Shown piece after piece: positions 57,860 through 64,000 of a DNA stretch of 64,000 nucleotides. Under the pieces are notes generated by a model that saw only the letters and a list, made by a program, of their open reading frames with translations, was not told the origin of the DNA and ran no database searches. How positions within the stretch are numbered: position 1 is the first letter of the stretch; every line of letters begins with the position of its first letter. The DNA comes from a bacterium (GTDB lineage Bacteria; Patescibacteriota; Minisyncoccia; Phycocordibacterales; UBA9973): contig JBAXXQ010000001.1 in the NCBI GenBank assembly GCA_037127795.1, positions 252,274 to 316,273 on the forward strand. Direction: 5' to 3'. The position numbers were made by a program, and so were the translations under genes.

Positions 57860-57866
57860 GTTTTAC

Positions 57867-58091
57867 CTAGCGCACTTCATTTGCAAGATTTGTTTCAATA
57901 TTAAATTCAGATAGTCCAACAAGGAATTCAGCTAATATTTTTTTAGTCTTATATGAAGGGTTTTTAACTCTTTCTTGCTCCAGCATTGTTTCAACTCTAA
58001 AGTCATAGGTTCGAGCATCATCCTCTGAAACAAACTTGTTTGTTGCGAGGTTAAAATCTAGACCTTCTAATAACGCATCATTATTTTCCAT
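57867..58091 (-). CDS. Small hypothetical acidic protein
   Basis: ORF track only. Confidence 0.3.
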   Translation of the reverse strand: MENNDALLEGLDFNLATNKFVSEDDARTYDFRVETMLEQERVKNPSYKTKKILAEFLVGLSEFNIETNLANEVR

Positions 58092-58124
58092 AACTATAAT
58101 TTTATGTTATAATACACTTATATT

Positions 58125-59369
58125 ATGAAACGTCAAGACTTAGAAAAAGCAAATTTATCTGAAGCACCTGGCGTGTATTTTTTCAAAGATGGGTTTGGGA
58201 AGATACTCTACATAGGTAAAGCTACTTCACTTCGCGATCGCGTGCGAAGCTATTTTTCGCCGGATGTGATCAAGACTCGTGGTCCACATATTGTCGATAT
58301 GGTTTTTAAGGCTGAAAGGGTAGATTTTCAGGAAACAGGAAGTGTGCTCGAGGCAGTTATCGTAGAAGCAAATTTAATAAAAAAACATAAGCCGTACTAC
58401 AACACCAAAGAAAAAGATGATAAGAGTTTCAATTGTGTTGCTATTACCAAAGAAGAATTTCCTCGAGTAATTATCGTCCGTCAAAAAGATATTGATACTC
58501 GCGCCAAGACTATAACTTCAGTAAAACAAAATATCACACAGGCGCCATATGATGTATTTTTTGGCCCGTATCCGAGCTCGACAACGCTCAAAGAAGTGCT
58601 TGGTATTATCCGCAAGATTTTTCCATTCAGAGATCGTGCAAGTACACAAAAAGATCGCGCAATATTTTATCGTCAGATTGGTCTTGCGCCCGATATAGAA
58701 ACAAGTGTCGGTATTGCAGCGTATAAAAAAAGTATTAGCCATATCAAGCTCCTCCTGGGTGGTAATATGAAAAAACTTATAGCAACACTTACCAAAGAAA
58801 TGCTTGCTGCTGCAAAAACAGAACATTTTGAAGAAGCAGAAATGCTCAAGCGTAAGATATTTTCATTACAACATATTCAGGATGTATCACTCATCAAACG
58901 TGAAGGAAGTTTTGAATCAAGCGGATTTCGTATAGAAGCCTATGATGTCGCGCATATTTCAGGGAGTAGTATGGTAGGGGTGATGGTAGTAGTAGATGGC
59001 GAGCAAAGTAAAAAATCTGAGTATAAAAAATTCAATATTAAGGGATTTATTAAGTCCAACGATACTGGCGCGCTCAAAGAAATACTCACGCGCAGATTTG
59101 CTCATCCAGAATGGACTATGCCGCAAGTAGTACTAGTAGATGGTGGTATAGCGCAGCAAAATATTGCACGAGAAGTACTCAAAGACCTCAATCTCAATAT
59201 ACCAATCATTGGTGTAGTCAAAGATGAACGCCATAGACCAAAAGCGATAGTAGGAGATAAGTCATTAATTGAAAAACATAAATATGCATTATTGCTCGCA
59301 AATAGCGAAGCACACAGATTTGCAATTACTTTCCACAGACAAAAACGCGCAAAAGCTCTCTTGAAATAA
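58125..59369 (+). CDS. uvrC: Excinuclease ABC subunit C (short 414 aa form)
   Basis: GIY-YIG module (PGVYFFKDGFGKILYIGKATSLRDRVRSYF), UvrB-interaction/UVR segment, partial C-terminal nuclease region; ~200 aa shorter than canonical UvrC. Confidence 0.8.
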   Translation: MKRQDLEKANLSEAPGVYFFKDGFGKILYIGKATSLRDRVRSYFSPDVIKTRGPHIVDMVFKAERVDFQETGSVLEAVIVEANLIKKHKPYYNTKEKDDKSFNCVAITKEEFPRVIIVRQKDIDTRAKTITSVKQNITQAPYDVFFGPYPSSTTLKEVLGIIRKIFPFRDRASTQKDRAIFYRQIGLAPDIETSVGIAAYKKSISHIKLLLGGNMKKLIATLTKEMLAAAKTEHFEEAEMLKRKIFSLQHIQDVSLIKREGSFESSGFRIEAYDVAHISGSSMVGVMVVVDGEQSKKSEYKKFNIKGFIKSNDTGALKEILTRRFAHPEWTMPQVVLVDGGIAQQNIAREVLKDLNLNIPIIGVVKDERHRPKAIVGDKSLIEKHKYALLLANSEAHRFAITFHRQKRAKALLK

Positions 59370-59394
59370 AAAAGTTTGCTATACTATATGCAAT

Positions 59395-61281
59395 ATGAGT
59401 GCACCATACGACCCAGAGCATATTACGTATTTTGCGGAAACAGATTTTCGTAATCAAAAAACGCGCTTCGGTATAAAAAGTCGTGATCGTACTCGTCATA
59501 TGTATGTGATCGGTAAGTCTGGTGTAGGTAAATCTACATTGCTCGAAAACATGGCAATACAAGATATTCAAGATGGCCAAGGGCTTGCTATTTTGGACCC
59601 GCACGGAAGTTTTGCAGAAAAAGCTCTTGAATATATCCCTGAGCACCGTATCAAGGATGTGATTTATTTTTCTCCATTTGATACAGAATATCCAATATCA
59701 TTCAATGTGCTCGAAGATGTGGGTGCAGACAAGCGCCACCTTGTAGTATCTGGCCTTATGAGTACATTCAAAAAGATTTGGGTGGATGCATGGAGTGCTC
59801 GTATGGAATATATTTTGACAAATACACTTCTTGCGCTTTTGGAATATCCAGGAGCGACATTGCTCGCAGTGAACCGTATGCTTTCTGATAAAGATTTTAG
59901 AAAAGCGGTAGTTGATAATATTACCGATGCTGCAGTGAAAGCATTTTGGACAGAAGAGTTTGCAAAATATACAGAGCGTATGGCTGCTGAAGCTGTCCCT
60001 GCAATACAAAACAAGGTGGGACAATTGACCGCAAATCCACTTATCCGCAATATCATCGGACAACCAAAATCAAGTTTTGATATGCGTGCATTGATGGATG
60101 ATCAAAAGATTCTTATTGTGAACCTTTCAAAAGGACGTATCGGAGAACAAAATACCAACTTGCTCGGTAGTATGATCATCACCAAGATGTATCTTGCGGC
60201 TATGAGTCGTGCAGAAGTATCTGCAGAGCGCTCAAAATCTCTCGCACCATTTTATTTTTATGTTGACGAATTCCAATCATTTGCCAATGAGACATTTGCT
60301 GATATTCTCGCAGAGGCTCGTAAATATAAATTGGCACTTATTATTGCACACCAATATGTCGCACAGATGGATGAAAAAGTTCGTGATGCGGTCTTTGGAA
60401 ACGTAGGTACTACGGTGAGTTTCCGTGTGGGGCCGCTCGATGCTGAGCTTTTGGAAAAAGTGTTTGCGCCGCAATTTATGCAAAATGATCTTATCAATCT
60501 TGGTATGGCGCAGATTTACCTTACACTTATGATCAACGATATTGGATCACAAGCATTCTCTGCGCGAACATTACCACCACTTGCTCGCCCTCCTATTTCA
60601 TATAGAAATGATGTTATAGAAGATTCACGTAAACGCAATACACTCGATAGACCAGCAGTTGAAGCAAATATTGCCGCATGGTTTGCACAAGATGTACGAC
60701 CAAAAAGAGAATATCCTCCTAGTGGAGAGCAGAGTAATAATGAACCAAGTCAAGATAAACCTCGCATAACATTTGCAGAAAATAAGCCTCCATTTGTAAA
60801 AAAACCTTTTAATCCAGATGCACCAAGAGCTCCTTTTGTAAAAAAAGAATGGCCAAAGAAAGAGTTTACTCCTCGACCACCACAAAGTCCTGCTCCAGAA
60901 AAAACTCCTGTTGCTCATAATCCATTTAAAAAAGCTTTTGCGCAAGCTCCTGAAATAGAAACAGTCTTTGAGAAAAAAGATGTAGCAAAACCTTTTACTG
61001 ATGAAAAGCCACTTATTCAAGCTATTGCTCCAGTAAAACACGCAGAACGAGGTCCGACTGAGCAAAATAAAAACCTGCTTCGAGAAGCGCTCCTAAAAGC
61101 AGTTCCAGAAAAACCTAATACACCACCTCCAAGTCCTTACATTGCTCAAGATCCTCAAAAACCAATACAACAAAATAATACGCCGCCACCTATTCCAAAA
61201 TCGCCTCCTTTGCAAAGTCCAGTACCTGATTCCTCATTACAAGAAATTAGTCACGAAGATTTAAAAAAAGTTTTGGAATAA
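59395..61281 (+). CDS. VirD4/TraG/TraD-like P-loop ATPase (type IV coupling-protein-like) lacking TM helices, with a ~230 aa proline-rich C-terminal tail
   Basis: Walker A VIGKSGVGKST; Walker B region FYFYVDEFQSF; LALIIAHQYVAQMDE motif; low-complexity P/K/E tail (PPPSPY, PPPIPKSPPLQSP). Confidence 0.5.
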   Translation: MSAPYDPEHITYFAETDFRNQKTRFGIKSRDRTRHMYVIGKSGVGKSTLLENMAIQDIQDGQGLAILDPHGSFAEKALEYIPEHRIKDVIYFSPFDTEYPISFNVLEDVGADKRHLVVSGLMSTFKKIWVDAWSARMEYILTNTLLALLEYPGATLLAVNRMLSDKDFRKAVVDNITDAAVKAFWTEEFAKYTERMAAEAVPAIQNKVGQLTANPLIRNIIGQPKSSFDMRALMDDQKILIVNLSKGRIGEQNTNLLGSMIITKMYLAAMSRAEVSAERSKSLAPFYFYVDEFQSFANETFADILAEARKYKLALIIAHQYVAQMDEKVRDAVFGNVGTTVSFRVGPLDAELLEKVFAPQFMQNDLINLGMAQIYLTLMINDIGSQAFSARTLPPLARPPISYRNDVIEDSRKRNTLDRPAVEANIAAWFAQDVRPKREYPPSGEQSNNEPSQDKPRITFAENKPPFVKKPFNPDAPRAPFVKKEWPKKEFTPRPPQSPAPEKTPVAHNPFKKAFAQAPEIETVFEKKDVAKPFTDEKPLIQAIAPVKHAERGPTEQNKNLLREALLKAVPEKPNTPPPSPYIAQDPQKPIQQNNTPPPIPKSPPLQSPVPDSSLQEISHEDLKKVLE

Positions 61282-61284
61282 TAT

Positions 61285-62601
61285 ATGAAAAAAATCACAT
61301 GCATCATTTTTATTTTTCTTATCAGTATGCCCGCTCTGGCTCATGCAGATGTAATCATAAATGAAGTTGCATGGATGGGGACTAATAAAAGCTCTAGTGA
61401 TGAATGGATTGAGCTTGCAAATACAGATAGTACTGCTGTCTCACTTGCTGGATGGAAATTGCATACCGCAGACAACAGTGTAAATATAACCCTTTCTGGA
61501 TCTATATCTGGAAATGGGTTTTATTTATTGGAGCGTACTGATGATACGACAGTACCCAATATAACAGCTGATAAAATCTATACTGGCGCGCTTTCTGATA
61601 GTGGTGAAAAGCTTATATTGGAAGACAATACCGGTAGTGTAGTACAGAGTCTTGATTTTACTGCAAAATGGCCAGCAGGGAACACGACCACAAATCAAAC
61701 CATGCAGTGGAATGGTAGTACTTGGGTCACAGGAGATGCAACACCAAAAGCAAGTAATGTACAAACGACTGCAGATACAAATATCTCTACAGTAAACACC
61801 ACAACAAATACAAGTAATGGTTCACAGCAATACGTTCCACCAAAAGTAGTACCGCATATAGAATTTTCTTTTCCATCACCTCTGTACAGTGGTATGCAAT
61901 ATGAATTTGGTGCACAAGCAGTACTTGAGTATATGACCGAGCCGTATGGATATTTTGTCTGGAATATGGGGGATGGATCACATTTTACAAAAACAGATAA
62001 TACTGACCCACTCTCGTATACCTATGAATATCCTGGTACGTATACAGTATCTTTTGCGTATTACAGATCTGCATATGAGAAAAAGTCAATACTTTCTGGT
62101 ACAAAAAAGATTGAGGTTTTGAAACCTAGTATAGATATGAGTATTATAGATAATGGCGCAGCGCTTAGTATTCAAAATAGTACAGACAAGGTGGTGGATT
62201 TGTCTGGATGGCATTTGGAAACAAGTTCTGGTAATACCGTTTTTCCTGATATGACGTATATTGCGCCAAAAGCAGATGTTATTTTTTCTGCAAAAAATTT
62301 ACAACTTAGTTCAGTGCAAGGCGCAAAAATATATACACCATTTTCTGGATTTAGTACACAAGTAATACAACCCAATACTAAGGCAAATATTGTTATAAAA
62401 AATATTACAACAAAAAATAAAAACACCACATCTCGAAGTGTTCTCGGTACTGTAGCTCAACCTATACAAAATGTATCGACAGAGCCTATTGCTGCGCCAC
62501 AAACAAAAAACCACACCAAAAGTATTATTCTCGGTGTGGTTATTGCAACAGTTATCGGCCTGTTATTACTCCTTGAGCGTTTTATGACCCAGAAGGAGTA
62601 A
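61285..62601 (+). CDS. Lamin-tail-domain (LTD) secreted protein with C-terminal membrane anchor
   Basis: Signal peptide; VIINEVAWMG...DEWIELAN...LAGWKL (LTD signature); second LTD-like segment VVDLSGWHLE; C-terminal TM (ILGVVIATVIGLLLLL). Confidence 0.6.
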   Translation: MKKITCIIFIFLISMPALAHADVIINEVAWMGTNKSSSDEWIELANTDSTAVSLAGWKLHTADNSVNITLSGSISGNGFYLLERTDDTTVPNITADKIYTGALSDSGEKLILEDNTGSVVQSLDFTAKWPAGNTTTNQTMQWNGSTWVTGDATPKASNVQTTADTNISTVNTTTNTSNGSQQYVPPKVVPHIEFSFPSPLYSGMQYEFGAQAVLEYMTEPYGYFVWNMGDGSHFTKTDNTDPLSYTYEYPGTYTVSFAYYRSAYEKKSILSGTKKIEVLKPSIDMSIIDNGAALSIQNSTDKVVDLSGWHLETSSGNTVFPDMTYIAPKADVIFSAKNLQLSSVQGAKIYTPFSGFSTQVIQPNTKANIVIKNITTKNKNTTSRSVLGTVAQPIQNVSTEPIAAPQTKNHTKSIILGVVIATVIGLLLLLERFMTQKE

Positions 62602-63346
62602 CTGGTTTTGTAGGAGTTGTTTGTGTAGCTGCTGGTGCAGTATCCACTGGAGTACTCTGTGTATCTATTTTAATACTATCAATTTCTTTATTGAGAAGTT
62701 GTACTTCTTGGTCTGAAACTTTTTGGATAGCACCATCGATAGTTTTTAATGCAGCTGTTTGAGCGGTAGTATCTGTCGGTGTTGTAGAGGTGTCTGGAGT
62801 ACTCAATACTTCAGCCTTTTTTGCTTGAAGTGTTGCTTCTATATCGGTTGTTGTTTTGAGTGCGGTATTTGGATCGTTTTGTCCTAGAGTGGTAAGCTCA
62901 GCATTCAATGCAGTAACGTGATCATCGAGTGCTTTTTCTACTGTTGCTTGTTTTGCTTCGGTAAGAGTTTTGGTTTGTGCGAGGATTTGAATTTCGTTCA
63001 AACGTGTTTCGATACGAGCTTTTTGCCAAGCAATTTTTGCAGTAGGAGTTTTCATAAATGCACCTTTTACTTCTTCATTTACATTCACCTTGAATGCATA
63101 GAGTGGATCTCCAGGAAGCGCACTATTTGCGACAACTGAGATGCTGCCACATACAAAGACTACAAACATTGATGTTGAAAGGACAATACGGAGACCGTGT
63201 TGCGCACTTTTTTGTATCCATGAAATACGAGGCATTACTGGAGTGATACTCATTTGGTATGCCATACGAGCACGCAAAGAAGCCTTCTCATCAGGAGTGA
63301 GTTTTATTTCTTTGAATGATTGTAATTTTTGTAATTTATTCTCCAT
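62582..63346 (-). CDS. Putative membrane-anchored anti-sigma factor, by position
   Basis: Overlaps the upstream ECF sigma gene by 11 nt; single TM helix; Thr/Pro-rich extracytoplasmic tail. Confidence 0.4.
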   Translation of the reverse strand: MENKLQKLQSFKEIKLTPDEKASLRARMAYQMSITPVMPRISWIQKSAQHGLRIVLSTSMFVVFVCGSISVVANSALPGDPLYAFKVNVNEEVKGAFMKTPTAKIAWQKARIETRLNEIQILAQTKTLTEAKQATVEKALDDHVTALNAELTTLGQNDPNTALKTTTDIEATLQAKKAEVLSTPDTSTTPTDTTAQTAALKTIDGAIQKVSDQEVQLLNKEIDSIKIDTQSTPVDTAPAATQTTPTKPVTPSGS

Positions 63347-63863
63347 GGTATTTGTCGTATGACTTTCTTAGTTTTTCGATAATACGATGTATTTGTACAG
63401 CGAGCGCATTTGGTGTTTTATCAAAAAGCTCTGCTATATCATCGAGTGATCGTTCTTCTGCATAACGCAGAAAGATAATTTGTTTACTTTTTTCATCAAG
63501 TTCTTCGAGAAGTTTTTGCACTGAAGCAATGTCGTCTTGTTTGAAGATTGCATCGTTTGTAGTATCGACTTCTGGTTCGAACCCTTCTGTGACGAGATCA
63601 TCCAGTGAGTACGTCTTTGATCGTTTGTAGTAGTCTACAACAGCATTGCGTGCTGTTCTGTACAAAAAGGCTTGTGGATGGTCTATTTTTTGACCGCCAG
63701 CAAGGTATTGCCATACACGAGTAAAAACGTCTTGGGTGATATCGGTTGCAAGTGCTCGGTTTTTAACCCGAAATAATACAAAACGGAAGATTGCATCTTG
63801 ATATGTTTCAAAAAGATCAAAAAAATTATCTTCTACTGATTGTGACGACTGATCTGGCTTCAT
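63336..63863 (-). CDS. ECF-type RNA polymerase sigma factor (sigma-70 regions 2 and 4)
   Basis: Region 2 (DITQDVFTRVWQY), region 4 HTH (LRYAEERSLDDIAELFDKTPNALAVQIHR). Confidence 0.7.
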   Translation of the reverse strand: MKPDQSSQSVEDNFFDLFETYQDAIFRFVLFRVKNRALATDITQDVFTRVWQYLAGGQKIDHPQAFLYRTARNAVVDYYKRSKTYSLDDLVTEGFEPEVDTTNDAIFKQDDIASVQKLLEELDEKSKQIIFLRYAEERSLDDIAELFDKTPNALAVQIHRIIEKLRKSYDKYHGE

Positions 63864-63920
63864 ATTACAAGTTCATACAGTATAGAACCTTTTGGTCAAT
63901 TTTGCTATACTTGAGCCTAT

Positions 63921-64000
63921 GGAAACACAAAAAAGCCCTCTAAAAATCGTTGTGGTCGGTGCTGGTTTTGCGGGGATTGCAACAATCAAAAAACTACAAA
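63921..64000 (+). CDS. FAD/NAD(P)-binding oxidoreductase, N-terminal fragment (runs off window)
   Basis: KIVVVGAGFAGIAT dinucleotide-binding GxGxxG motif. Confidence 0.4.

Noticed and set aside
1-64000. CRISPR arrays, transposases, integrases, prophage cores
   Set aside because: No regularly spaced short direct repeats, no DDE/tyrosine-recombinase-like ORFs and no capsid/terminase/portal genes were seen. The tail-fibre-like genes are isolated from any phage structural module.
1-64000. Alternative genetic code (UGA or UAG reassignment)
   Set aside because: Housekeeping genes (gyrA, clpB, uvrA, uvrB, infB, pyk) are full length under the standard code with conserved C-termini. The single in-frame TAG at 4418 is isolated.

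Overview
This is a 64 kb window of low-GC DNA (roughly mid-30s % GC by eye). It looks like a small, reduced-genome bacterium, possibly a Patescibacteria/CPR-like lineage. I infer that from compact housekeeping genes (short IF-2, S1, UvrA/UvrC), many small secreted or membrane proteins, pilin-like gene arrays, a lamin-tail-domain protein, and a lack of Shine-Dalgarno-rich leaders. Standard genetic code fits: long ORFs are intact and there is no evidence of UGA recoding.

The window is a mosaic of conserved housekeeping operons interrupted by accessory, surface-associated loci.

Housekeeping genes:
- mscL, guaC (GMP reductase), pyk and hpf
- the fmt-def-hisS-lepB block, then pth and rpsA
- gyrA, the infB-rbfA operon, and an IscS-like cysteine desulfurase
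- clpB, gltX, uvrB, uvrA, an nth-like glycosylase and uvrC
- a MarR-HlyD-HlyD-MFS efflux operon and an ECF sigma / anti-sigma pair

RNA genes:
- four tRNAs on the minus strand (Cys-GCA, Leu-TAA, Leu-TAG, Lys-CTT) in one operon
- tRNA-Tyr(GTA) on the plus strand

Accessory highlights:
- 7970-17528: three tandem paralogous genes for giant (1010-1120 aa) signal-peptide-bearing proteins. Each has a C-terminal phage-tail-fibre-type intramolecular chaperone / auto-processing (peptidase S74-like) domain. Two of them share an identical ~225 bp promoter and N-terminus cassette. They also carry long Gly/Ala/Asn beta-solenoid-like repeat arrays and Pro/Thr-rich tails.
- 28429-31315: five tandem genes for VirB2/TrbC-like two-helix membrane proteins with cleavable signal peptides. 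One is fused to a duplicated Cys-rich extracellular module.
- 59395-62601: a TM-less VirD4/TraG-like P-loop ATPase with a proline-rich tail, next to a lamin-tail-domain protein.
- A 31 nt repeated extended -10 promoter module drives two unrelated minus-strand genes.
- A GC-rich candidate structured RNA sits inside the tRNA operon.

No transposases, integrases or CRISPR arrays were seen.
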